Assembly (NCBI GenBank): GCA_051306295.1
Contig: JBPPMZ010000118.1
Coordinates: 2,076-66,075, forward strand
Length of the DNA stretch: 64,000 nucleotides
Direction of reading: 5' to 3'
From: Candidatus Limnocylindrales bacterium
GTDB taxonomy: Bacteria > Chloroflexota > Limnocylindria > Limnocylindrales > CSP1-4
The notes under the pieces were generated by a model. The model ran no database searches. It was not told the DNA's origin and worked only from the letters and a program-made list of their open reading frames with translations. Shown here piece by piece: positions 29,643 through 38,691 of this stretch (positions are counted from its first letter, which is position 1; each line of letters begins with the position of its first letter). Both the position numbers and the translations under genes were made by a program.

Positions 29643-31352
29643 ATGGCGGCGACGCGCACCAAAGCGGCCAAGACGGCGCCCGCGCCGACCAAGGACCCGG
29701 CGCCGACCGAGGCCCCATCGGACCAGCCCATCCCGGCGCAGCCCTCACCGCGCGCCAAGGATGCGCCGCGGACGATGCGCGACCTGCGCGAAGCCCGCCA
29801 GGGCAAGCGCGCCTCGCGGGCGAAGGCCGCGGAGAACGTCCTGCGTGAGGGCCTGCGCCTGGAGCGCGTCCCCGATCCCTCGATCCTGGTGCTCTTCGGC
29901 GCGACCGGCGATCTCGCCCACCGCAAGGTCATCCCGGCGCTGTATCACCTGTGGCGGACCAACCTGCTCCCCCACGAGTTCGTCCTGCTGGCGATCGGCC
30001 GGCGGGACTACGACGACGACGCCTTCCGCGCGGAGATCCGCGCCTCCCTCGAGCAGTTCAGCCGAGTCCTCCCCATCGACGAGGCGGCCTGGACGTCCTT
30101 CGCCGAGCACATCCGCTACCACCGCCTCGACTTCGCCGATGCGGCCGGCTTCGACGACCTGGCGACCCGCCTTGACGAGCTCGATGCGGAGTGCGGCACG
30201 CGCGGCAATCACTGCTTCTATCTCGCCACCCAGCCCTCGCAGTTCGCCGAGATCGTGGCCCAGCTGGGACGGGTCGGGCTGGACCACGAGAAGCACGACG
30301 GCGGCTGGCGCCGGGTCGTCATCGAGAAGCCGTTCGGGCATGACCTGGAGTCGGCCAAGAAGCTCAACCGCGAGGTCGGCAAAGTCTTCCGCGAGTCGCA
30401 GGTCTATCGCATCGATCACTACCTCGGCAAGGAGACCGTCCGGAACCTGCTCGTCTTCCGGTTCGGGAACGGCATCTTCGAGCCGCTCTGGAATCGACGC
30501 TACGTCGACCACGTCCAGATCACGGTGGCCGAATCGATCGGCATCGAGAACCGCGGGGCGTTCTACGAGGAGACCGGCGCCTCGCGCGATGTCCTCCAGA
30601 ACCACCTCCTCCAGCTGGTCTGCCTCGTGGCCATGGAGCCACCGGCGACCTTCGAGGCCGACGCGCTGCGCGACGAGAAGGTCAAGGTCCTGCGCGCGCT
30701 GGGCACCAAGCCCGCCGATCCCGCCACGGAGGTCGTGCGCGGCCAGTACGGTCCGGGCTGGGTGGCGGCCACGCAGGTGAGCGGCTATCGCCAGGAGAAG
30801 GACGTGGACCCCATGTCCGAAACGGAGACCTTCGTGGCAGCCCGCCTGACCATCGACGATTGGCGCTGGTCCGGCGTCCCGTTCTACGTCCGGACCGGTA
30901 AGCGGCTCCCCAAGCGTTCGACCGAGATCGCGATCCAGTTCCGCGACGTGCCCCACCGCCTGTTCGCCGATTCGGCGGCTGAGCCCGACCCGAACCTGCT
31001 GGCCATCCGCATCCAGCCGGACGAGGGGATCATGCTCCGCTTCGGGGCGAAGGTGCCGGGCCTCGGGATGGCCATCCGGCCGGTGACGATGGACTTCACC
31101 TACGGCTCGGCATTCAGCGTGGACTCACCCGACGCGTACGAGACGCTCATCCTCGACGCCCTCCAGGGGGATGCCTCGCTGTTCACCCGCGCGGACGAGG
31201 TGGAGGAAGCGTGGGGCATCGTCGATCCGATCGTCGACGCCTGGGCCTCCGCCGCGGCGCCGGAGTTCCCGGATTACGATGCCGGCACCTGGGGGCCGCC
31301 AGAGGCCGACGCGCTGCTGACCCGAGAGGGCCGGCGCTGGCGTCGGATCTGA
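29643..31352 (+). CDS. zwf: glucose-6-phosphate dehydrogenase
   Basis: FGATGDLAHRKV and RIDHYLGKE motifs. The approximately 60-aa Ala/Pro/Lys-rich N-terminal extension makes the start uncertain (alternative ATG at 29775). Confidence 0.93.
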   Translation: MAATRTKAAKTAPAPTKDPAPTEAPSDQPIPAQPSPRAKDAPRTMRDLREARQGKRASRAKAAENVLREGLRLERVPDPSILVLFGATGDLAHRKVIPALYHLWRTNLLPHEFVLLAIGRRDYDDDAFRAEIRASLEQFSRVLPIDEAAWTSFAEHIRYHRLDFADAAGFDDLATRLDELDAECGTRGNHCFYLATQPSQFAEIVAQLGRVGLDHEKHDGGWRRVVIEKPFGHDLESAKKLNREVGKVFRESQVYRIDHYLGKETVRNLLVFRFGNGIFEPLWNRRYVDHVQITVAESIGIENRGAFYEETGASRDVLQNHLLQLVCLVAMEPPATFEADALRDEKVKVLRALGTKPADPATEVVRGQYGPGWVAATQVSGYRQEKDVDPMSETETFVAARLTIDDWRWSGVPFYVRTGKRLPKRSTEIAIQFRDVPHRLFADSAAEPDPNLLAIRIQPDEGIMLRFGAKVPGLGMAIRPVTMDFTYGSAFSVDSPDAYETLILDALQGDASLFTRADEVEEAWGIVDPIVDAWASAAAPEFPDYDAGTWGPPEADALLTREGRRWRRI

Positions 31353-31365
31353 GCGTGCCGCCCCG

Positions 31366-32616
31366 ATGACCATCTCCGTGCCGCCCGTCGTCGCGCTGAA
31401 CGAGCCGGTCCTGCGCTGGTCGGATCGAGCGCACAGCATCGCCGAGATCGAGACGGCCCTCGCCCGCATCTGGGCCCGCCAGGACCTGACGGCAGATATC
31501 GACGGCGCGCCCGGACGCCACATCGCGGCACGCACGAGCGTGATGAACCTGGTGGTCATCGCCCGCACCCGCGAGCTCGCGGAACGGAGTGCCGCCACCA
31601 TCCAGGCGCTGACCGGCCGGCATCCGTCGCGAACGATCGTCGTGCAGTCGGCGGACGCGGATGGCCCGTCGTGGGTCGACGCTCGGGTCGAGGCGCACTG
31701 CATCCTGCCCCGCGAGGACGCGCCGGAGACGTGCGCCGAGACGATCCACTTGACCGCCGGCGGGGAGGCGGGACGGCACCTGTCGGCCATCGTCACGCCG
31801 CTGATCGTCCACGACCTGCCCGTCTCGGTCTGGTGGCCGGGTGAGCCGCCATTCGGGACGCAGGCCGCGCGGGACCTGCTGGCCGGCGCCGACCGCCTGG
31901 TCGTGGACGGTTCGACGTGGAGCGGTGACGGCCTGGCCCGCCTGCGCGAGATGGCCGGTCTGCTGTCCAGTTCCCGCCTCGCGGTCAGCGACTTCGCGAT
32001 GGTCCGCCAATCGCGCTGGCGAGAGGCCATCGCCTCGATCTTCGACGACCCCGAATTCCTGCCGTACCTTCGCTCCCTGCGCCGGATCGCGGTCACCTAC
32101 GCGACCCACGACGAGACGGGAGCACCCGGTTCCACGAACCTGGTCAAGCCCGTCTACCACGTCGCATGGTTGGTCTCACGTCTGGGCCTGCACGTCACGC
32201 GACCACTGACGGCGGTCGCGGACAAGGGCGGCCCGGGGTCCTCGCGGAATCGCAGCGTGCCCGGCACTCGGCCGGTCGTCGGGCGTGGTGCGGGCGCCAC
32301 GTTGTCCGACGGTCGCTCGGAGGTCGGGGTCATCGTCAAGCCGGTCGTCTCGACCATGCCGGCGGGCACCACCCTCCGGGTCGAGCTCCTCGCGGAGCGG
32401 CGAGGGTCGGAGCTGCGCGCCGACGTAACCGCGGAGGCCGAGACCGTCCACGTCCGTGTCTGGCAGGACGGGGTGGAGACCCTGGACCGCCGCTTCCTGG
32501 CCGCCCGACGCGCGGATGTGGACCTCCTGGCCGAAGCGATCGAGGCTGGCCGGCGCGACCGGGTGACCGTCGGAACGCTGGAGGCCGCGGCCGCGCTCAT
32601 CGGACCGCCGGCATGA
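31366..32616 (+). CDS. opcA: glucose-6-phosphate dehydrogenase assembly protein OpcA
   Basis: OpcA-like sequence (RTSVMNLVVIA...) in the canonical position after zwf. Confidence 0.85.
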   Translation: MTISVPPVVALNEPVLRWSDRAHSIAEIETALARIWARQDLTADIDGAPGRHIAARTSVMNLVVIARTRELAERSAATIQALTGRHPSRTIVVQSADADGPSWVDARVEAHCILPREDAPETCAETIHLTAGGEAGRHLSAIVTPLIVHDLPVSVWWPGEPPFGTQAARDLLAGADRLVVDGSTWSGDGLARLREMAGLLSSSRLAVSDFAMVRQSRWREAIASIFDDPEFLPYLRSLRRIAVTYATHDETGAPGSTNLVKPVYHVAWLVSRLGLHVTRPLTAVADKGGPGSSRNRSVPGTRPVVGRGAGATLSDGRSEVGVIVKPVVSTMPAGTTLRVELLAERRGSELRADVTAEAETVHVRVWQDGVETLDRRFLAARRADVDLLAEAIEAGRRDRVTVGTLEAAAALIGPPA

Positions 32617-33413
32617 GCGCAGAGCGCGTGATCGTCGTGGCCGATGCCGCGGAGGCCAGCCTGGCGGCGGCCCGCCACATCGCCGCCTCGCTGCGCGCTG
32701 CGGTCGCGGCCCGTGGCCGGGCGGACTGGGCGACGACCGGAGGCTCCGCCGCCCCGGGCATCTACCGGCACCTGGCAGACGACCCGCTGCGCGACGAGAT
32801 CCCCTGGGAGCAGGTCCATGTCTGGTGGGGCGATGACCGCTTCGTGCCGCGGGACCATCCACTGTCCAACGTGAAGCCGCTCGACGACATCCTGCTCGAC
32901 TGGGCCCAGCACGAGGAGGGCACATCCGGGGGCCGGCCCATCGTCCTGCTGCCCATCGCGAACCTGCACCCGTTCCGCAGTGGCGAGGCCATCGGTGCGT
33001 CACGCGACGCGGCGTCGGTGGCGACGGCGATGGCCGCGGAGCTCGCCGATGCCGGCCTGCCGGTCGAGAACGGGTTCCCGGTCCTGGATCTCGTCGTGCT
33101 GGGAGTCGGCGGCGATGGCCACGTCCTGTCCGTCTTCCCTGGGTCGTCGGCCTTCGAGGCCACGGCCTGGGCCGTGGACATCCCGGCACCGACGCACATC
33201 GAACCCCATGTACCGCGAGTGACCATGCATCCAGAGATCGTCCGCGTCGCCCGCGATGTGCTGGTCATCGCGGCCGGTGCCGGCAAGGCCGACGTCCTGG
33301 CGGAGATCCTCGGCGACGAGCGCGACGAGCGACGCTGGCCGGGGCAGCTGGCTCGGCACGGGCGAGCGACGTGGATCCTGGATGAGGCGGCCGCCGCGCG
33401 CCTGGCCCGGTGA
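32613..33413 (+). CDS. pgl: 6-phosphogluconolactonase
   Basis: ATTGGSAAPGIY...WWGDDRFVP...VLGVGGDGHVLSVFPGS. ATGA overlap with opcA. Confidence 0.92.
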   Translation: MSAERVIVVADAAEASLAAARHIAASLRAAVAARGRADWATTGGSAAPGIYRHLADDPLRDEIPWEQVHVWWGDDRFVPRDHPLSNVKPLDDILLDWAQHEEGTSGGRPIVLLPIANLHPFRSGEAIGASRDAASVATAMAAELADAGLPVENGFPVLDLVVLGVGGDGHVLSVFPGSSAFEATAWAVDIPAPTHIEPHVPRVTMHPEIVRVARDVLVIAAGAGKADVLAEILGDERDERRWPGQLARHGRATWILDEAAAARLAR

Positions 33414-34270
33414 CGTCCGACCCGCTCATCCGGCGGGCAACCGCAGCCGAGCCCAACCTGGTCGTCCCCTCTCGGGATGGCACCTTGATCGCGGCGTTCC
33501 GGAGCGGACGCGCCAACGGACCACCGCTGGTGCTCATCCACGGCGCGTCGGCCGACCACACGACCTTCCGGGTCCTGGGCCCGCTCCTCGCCGACACGTT
33601 CGACCTGTACGCCATCGACCGACGCGGGCGTGGCGCGTCAGGCGATGTCCTCCCCTATGCGATCGAGCGCGAGTTCGAGGACGTCGCCGCCGTCGCCGGG
33701 GCGGTCGCCGAACAGCGCGGCGTCGCCGCGGTCGATGTCTTCGGGCATTCGTACGGCGGGCGATGCGCGCTGGGCGCCGCCCTGCAGACCGACCGGATCC
33801 GCCGGGTGATCAGTTACGAGGGCGCCCCCTCCGGTCCCGAAGAGCGCTACGGCGATGCGTCGCTCGCCGACGAGCTCGCAGCCCTCGCCGCGGCTGGGCA
33901 GCTGAAGGCACTCCTGGAGACCTTCATGACCCGTGTCGTCGGCATGTCGGCGGTCGATCTCGCGGCGTATCGAGCCGATCCGGTGTGGCCGCGTCGGGTC
34001 AAGGCCGCCGCGACGATCGCCCGAGAGCTCGGCGTCGAGGCAAGCCAGGACGCGGGACTGGAGCGTCTGGGGGCGGTCCGCCAGCCCGTCCTGCAACTGG
34101 TGGGTGGCGAGAGCCTGCCCGTGTTCGCGGCCGCCACGTGGGACCTGCAGGTACGCCTGGTCGATGGTCGCGTCGTGGTCATCCCGGGCGCCCGCCATGC
34201 GGCGCACCATACCCATCCGGACGCGGTCGTCGATGCGATCCGCGACTTCCTGCAGCCCGGCGTCGTGTGA
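33410..34270 (+). CDS. alpha/beta hydrolase
   Basis: LVLIHGASADHTTF and a nucleophile elbow (GHSYGG). GTGA overlap with pgl. Confidence 0.85.
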   Translation: MTSDPLIRRATAAEPNLVVPSRDGTLIAAFRSGRANGPPLVLIHGASADHTTFRVLGPLLADTFDLYAIDRRGRGASGDVLPYAIEREFEDVAAVAGAVAEQRGVAAVDVFGHSYGGRCALGAALQTDRIRRVISYEGAPSGPEERYGDASLADELAALAAAGQLKALLETFMTRVVGMSAVDLAAYRADPVWPRRVKAAATIARELGVEASQDAGLERLGAVRQPVLQLVGGESLPVFAAATWDLQVRLVDGRVVVIPGARHAAHHTHPDAVVDAIRDFLQPGVV

Positions 34271-34281
34271 TACTCGGCCCC

Positions 34282-34539
34282 ATGCTGGACATGGACATCA
34301 TCGGCTGGATCGTCGTCGGTTTCGTCGGCGGCGCCATCTCGGGTGCGCTGTTCGGCGGCAAGACCGCCCGAGGCTGCCTTCCCAATATCGTCGTCGGCAT
34401 CCTGGGCGGGATCATCGGCGGCTGGCTGGCGGGCCAGATGGGCTTCACCCAGGTAAACGGATTCATCGCTGCGGTCATCGTCGCGGTGTTCGGATCGCTG
34501 GTCGTGCGCCTCGCCCTGAACGCGATGTCCGACCGCTGA
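34282..34539 (+). CDS. GlsB/YeaQ/YmgE family small membrane protein
   Basis: MLDMDIIGWIVVGFVGGAISGALFGGK...GILGGIIGGWL. Confidence 0.85.
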   Translation: MLDMDIIGWIVVGFVGGAISGALFGGKTARGCLPNIVVGILGGIIGGWLAGQMGFTQVNGFIAAVIVAVFGSLVVRLALNAMSDR

Positions 34540-34576
34540 CCCTGCGGCCGCCGAGCCAGGGCGCTACCATCTGCGC

Positions 34577-35683
34577 ATGACCGAACCCGCCACCGCCTCA
34601 CGGCCCTATTCCCCGGGCCTCGAAGGCGTCATCGCCGGCGAGACGAGCCTCTCGTTCATCGACGGCGAGCAGGGTCGCCTCCTGTATCGCGGGTATCGGA
34701 TCGGCGATCTCGTGCGGCATGGCACGTACCCGGCCGTCGCCAACCTGCTCTGGACGGGCGAATGGGACCCCGCGCACCGACTGCCGACCGGGCCGATCCC
34801 GGCGGCCGTCATGACCGTCCTTCGTGCCCTCCCCGCGGAGACCAAGCCGATGGACGCGCTGCGGACCGCGGTCTCGGCCTGGGGCGCCACCCAGGATCTG
34901 CCCTGGCCACCGACCGTCGAGCAGGCACGCGCCATCACCTCGTTCTCGCCATCCGCCCTCGCAGCGTTCGCTCGCCTCCGTCAGGGGCTGGAGCCCGTCG
35001 ACCCAGAACCAGCGCTCGATCTCGTGGAGGGGTTCCTGTACCAGCTCAACGGCGCGCGCCCCGACCCGGCGACGGCGCGAGCCCTGGATGCGTACTTCAT
35101 CGTCGGCGCGGAGCACAGCTTCAACGCATCGACCTTCACGAGCCGGGTCATCACCTCGACGCGCTCGGACATCGCCTCCGCGGTGGCCGGGGCGATCGGC
35201 ACGATGAAGGGGCCGCTCCACGGCGGCGCACCGTCGGAGGTCGTCGACCAGCTCAGCCAGGTGGGCTCCGCCGACAAAGCTGAGGCGTGGGTTCGGGACG
35301 CGCTGGCGAGGGGCGAGCGACTGATGGGCTTCGGCCACCGCGTGTATCGCGCGTACGACCCGCGCGCCGCCGCGCTCCGGGAAGTCGCGGAAGGCATGGA
35401 GCACAAGCCCGATTGGCTCGTCCTCGCGACCCAGGTCGAGGACGTCGTCCTCCAGGTCCTCGCCGAGAAGCACCCGGACCGCCCGCTCAAGACGAACGTC
35501 GAGTTCTACGCGGCGCCCGTGCTGATGGGTGTGGGCCTCAGGCCCGATCTCTTCCCGGCGGCCTTCTCGTTGTCGCGCCACGCCGGCTGGACGGCCCATG
35601 CCCTCGAGCAGTCGGCCAACAATCGGCTCATCCGACCCGACGTCAACTACGTCGGCCCGCGGGAGCGCGACCTCCCGGGCTGA
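34577..35683 (+). CDS. citrate synthase (small, type I/2-methylcitrate-synthase-like)
   Basis: GLEGVIAGETSLSFIDGEQGRLLYRGY and GHRVYRAYDPRA. Confidence 0.93.
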   Translation: MTEPATASRPYSPGLEGVIAGETSLSFIDGEQGRLLYRGYRIGDLVRHGTYPAVANLLWTGEWDPAHRLPTGPIPAAVMTVLRALPAETKPMDALRTAVSAWGATQDLPWPPTVEQARAITSFSPSALAAFARLRQGLEPVDPEPALDLVEGFLYQLNGARPDPATARALDAYFIVGAEHSFNASTFTSRVITSTRSDIASAVAGAIGTMKGPLHGGAPSEVVDQLSQVGSADKAEAWVRDALARGERLMGFGHRVYRAYDPRAAALREVAEGMEHKPDWLVLATQVEDVVLQVLAEKHPDRPLKTNVEFYAAPVLMGVGLRPDLFPAAFSLSRHAGWTAHALEQSANNRLIRPDVNYVGPRERDLPG

Positions 35684-35996
35684 CGGCGGTGATGGCGCCG
35701 TAGGCTAGCCCAGGCCGGCACGGATGGGCGCAGTCCCAAGGACCACCCTCCGTCCCACCCGACGGGCCCAACGTCGAACGATCGATGCGCCTATGGCTTT
35801 CCTCCGACGGGCGTCCCTCCGGGCGGGACCACGGTCGGAGGAGCGCTCATGGTCAACGCCTCCGTCGACGGAAGGGCCGCCCCATGGGAATCAAGGCTCG
35901 ATCCAAGCGGAACGACCGGGGTGATCCGTCTCAGCCCAGCACCGGGCGGCCGCGGCCGCCTCCGCCCGCGGAGGATGGCCGCCGACGGCCCTCGGC

Positions 35997-37010
35997 CTAC
36001 AGCCAGCCGCGCCGTCGAAACAGGACGACCAGGGCCAACAGCAACCCGGCCATCAGGGCCAGGATCAGGAAGAACGTCACCGTTTCGCCTTCGCCCGGGA
36101 ACTGCACGTTCATGCCGAAGATGCTGGCGATGAGGGTCAGGGGCAGGAGCACGACGCTCGCCGCGGTGAGGACCCGGAACGAGTCGTTCAGGCGGTGCGA
36201 CAGCACGCTCTCGTTGGTCGACTCGAGGCCCTCGATGACCTCCTTGTAGTTCTCCAGCGTGTCCCAGATCCGTTCGGCGGCGTCCGAGATGTCGTCGAAG
36301 TAGATCTCCAGCTCTTCCTGCAGGTAGCGCTGCTTGGTGCGCTCCAGGTCGCGCAGCACGGCGCGCTGCGGGCGCACGATCTTGCGGAAGTTGATGATCT
36401 CCTGCTTCGCCTCGGAGATGTCGCGGACGATCTCCGACGAGCGCCCCTCGAAGATGTCGTCCTCCAGGCGCTCCAGCTTGACGGCCATCTTGCGCAGCAT
36501 CGGGAACGAGGCATCCACCCCGGTGTCGACGATCTTGTAGAGCAGGTAGCCCGAGCCCTTGCTGAAGACGTCCGCGCGGAGGTCCTCCTTCTCGCGATAA
36601 CGATCGAACATCGCGGCCAGCGGCGGCAGCGGGATGTTGGGCAGGGTGATCAGGTAGTCCGGGCCCAGGAACAGGTCGAGCTCGGCGGTCAGGATCCGGC
36701 CCGACTCCTTCTCGAACATCGGGAAGTGCAGGACGATGAAGACGTAGTCGTCGTACTGGTCGAGTTTCGGACGCTGGTTGCGCGAGTAGACGTCCTCGTA
36801 GTCGAGCGGGTGGAAGTCGAAGTGCTCTTCCAGCCAGTCGCGGTCCGCGGTCCGTGGCGACTCGATGTGGATCCAGCGCAGGCCAGCCGCCTCGATGATG
36901 TCGGGGTCGGCGACCGTCTCGGGCACCACGACCTCCGCCGAACCGGCGGGGCGACGGTTCAGGACGCGGCGATTCGGACGCGGGAAACCCAGGGTCGGCA
37001 CGGGCGACAT
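35997..37010 (-). CDS. corA: magnesium/cobalt transporter CorA
   Basis: C-terminal GMN motif (IFGMNVQFP) plus 2 TM helices. ATG at 37010. Confidence 0.92.
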   Translation of the reverse strand: MSPVPTLGFPRPNRRVLNRRPAGSAEVVVPETVADPDIIEAAGLRWIHIESPRTADRDWLEEHFDFHPLDYEDVYSRNQRPKLDQYDDYVFIVLHFPMFEKESGRILTAELDLFLGPDYLITLPNIPLPPLAAMFDRYREKEDLRADVFSKGSGYLLYKIVDTGVDASFPMLRKMAVKLERLEDDIFEGRSSEIVRDISEAKQEIINFRKIVRPQRAVLRDLERTKQRYLQEELEIYFDDISDAAERIWDTLENYKEVIEGLESTNESVLSHRLNDSFRVLTAASVVLLPLTLIASIFGMNVQFPGEGETVTFFLILALMAGLLLALVVLFRRRGWL

Positions 37011-37140
37011 GGTACGCGCCGGCCCGGCCGTCGTGGCGCATCGCCACGCGTCGTGGTAGCGGGAGGTCAGGGAGAACCCGGAACGAACGACCTGGCTTTC
37101 CCCCGTCACGCACGTGCGCCGCGGCCTGTAGCCTTCGCGG

Positions 37141-38025
37141 GTGACGAGTTCCGCCCGGTCCTTCGAGAGGTACGGACGCCGCCTCCGCCTGCCTGAGCCG
37201 CCCCGCTTCGGCCGCGTCGCCACCGTTGTCGTGGTCGGTGCCATCTGGGTCGTCATCGCGGCCCTCGCCCTGCCGTCGGACCTGCCCATCCGGACCGGGT
37301 TGGAGGCGTTCTGCTACTGGTCGGCCACGCTGCTCGACCCGTACGCGCGGTCCGAGTGGACGACGCCGGGCGCCTACGTGTACTCGCCGGCCTTCCTGCA
37401 GCTCGTCGCCCCGCTCACCTGGTTGCCCTGGCCGGCGTTCCTGGCCACCTGGACGGGCGTGCTGCTGCTGGCGTTGCGCTCGCTGACCGGGGCGCGCTGG
37501 TTCGCCATCGGCGCCATCTTCGCGACCATCGAGCTGGTCGGCGGGAACATCTCGCTGTTGCTGGGAGCAGCCATCGTGTTCGGCTTCCGCTGGCCGGCCC
37601 TGTGGTCGTTCGTGCTGCTCACCAAGGTCACGCCCGGGATCGGTCTCCTGTGGTTCGTGGTGCGACGTGAGTGGCGATCGCTGGGCTGGGCGCTGGGCGC
37701 GACGGCCGCCATCGCCCTCGGGTCGTTCGTGCTCATGCCCACGGCGTGGCCGGCGTGGATCGAGGTGTTGGTCGCCAGCGCCGGACGCGACGGCACGTGG
37801 GCGGCCGTCCCGATCCCGCTCATAGCCCGACTCCCCGCCGCGATCGCGCTCGTCATCTGGGGAGCGGCGACGGGTCGGCGCTGGACCGTGCCGGCGGCGA
37901 GCATGCTGGCCCTGCCGGCGCTGTGGTACGGCTCGCTGACGATGCTCCTGGCGGTCATCGCTCTCCGCGAACCCTCGCCGCAGGTCGGCCAGGCTACCGA
38001 CCACCCGCTGCCCGCCCCCGGCTGA
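37141..38025 (+). CDS. polytopic membrane protein (DUF2029/GT87-like glycosyltransferase family)
   Basis: About 8 TM helices. GTG start at 37141. The family call is tentative. Confidence 0.55.
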   Translation: MTSSARSFERYGRRLRLPEPPRFGRVATVVVVGAIWVVIAALALPSDLPIRTGLEAFCYWSATLLDPYARSEWTTPGAYVYSPAFLQLVAPLTWLPWPAFLATWTGVLLLALRSLTGARWFAIGAIFATIELVGGNISLLLGAAIVFGFRWPALWSFVLLTKVTPGIGLLWFVVRREWRSLGWALGATAAIALGSFVLMPTAWPAWIEVLVASAGRDGTWAAVPIPLIARLPAAIALVIWGAATGRRWTVPAASMLALPALWYGSLTMLLAVIALREPSPQVGQATDHPLPAPG

Positions 38026-38076
38026 GGGGCGCCCGGAAGTCGCCCGGACGCCGGCCGCGGCCAAGGAGCCAGCCGC

Positions 38077-38691
38077 CTACCCGCCCGCTGGGACCTCCAG
38101 CCAGCCCTCGCGCAGGGCGCGCGTCGCGAGCTCCGTGCGCGAGGCGATCCCGAAGCGCAGGAACAGCCGGGCGAGGTGGGTCTCCACCGTCTTGGCGCCG
38201 ATCCCCAGGGCCGTGCCGATCTCGTCGTTGCTGCGCCCCTCGACGATGAGGCGCACGACGTCGCGCTCCCGGTCGGTCAGGTGGATGCGCGCCGAGGGCG
38301 AAGGCCGGACGGCGAAGGCCATCCCGCCGCCGGCCACCCGCCGGATGGCGTCGAGCAGCTCTGCCAGTGGCGCGGTCTTGACCACGAAGCCGGCTGCACC
38401 CAGGCGCAGGGCCGCTTCCGCGTACTGCGGGTAGTCGAAGGCGGTCAGGACGATGATCGCCGGCATCGGCGGGCGATCGGTGCCGGCCAACAGGTCCAGG
38501 CCACTGCCCGTCCCGAGCCGGACGTCCAGCAGGACGACGTCGACGGCCGCCGCGTCCACCAGGCCGGCCTCGTGCGCCGCCGCCAGCGAGCCCGCCACGC
38601 CGACCACCTGGAGGTCGTCGGTCGAGCGCAGGACGGCCGCCGTCCCTTCGCTGACGACGGGATGGTCGTCGATGATCGCGACGCGGATCAG
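38077..38691 (-). CDS. NarL/LuxR-family response regulator; probable CTG start
   Basis: The receiver N-terminus (L)IRVAIIDDHPVVSEG...DVVLLDVRL and the C-terminal LuxR HTH are both present. No ATG, GTG or TTG lies upstream of the acidic pocket. CTG at 38691 overlaps the kinase stop (CTGA). Confidence 0.8.
   Translation of the reverse strand: MIRVAIIDDHPVVSEGTAAVLRSTDDLQVVGVAGSLAAAHEAGLVDAAAVDVVLLDVRLGTGSGLDLLAGTDRPPMPAIIVLTAFDYPQYAEAALRLGAAGFVVKTAPLAELLDAIRRVAGGGMAFAVRPSPSARIHLTDRERDVVRLIVEGRSNDEIGTALGIGAKTVETHLARLFLRFGIASRTELATRALREGWLEVPAGG

Noticed and set aside
35684-35996. Possible small RNA (SRP-like GGAAGG motif) or small ORF in the citrate synthase / corA convergent spacer
   Set aside because: The GGAAGGGCCGCC string lacks the conserved SRP domain IV context, and the only ORFs are short Pro/Gly-rich shadows.
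37011-37140. Possible Mg-sensing leader (M-box) upstream of corA
   Set aside because: The spacer of about 130 nt is too short for an M-box, and I could not identify its conserved elements. Only generic GC hairpins are present.
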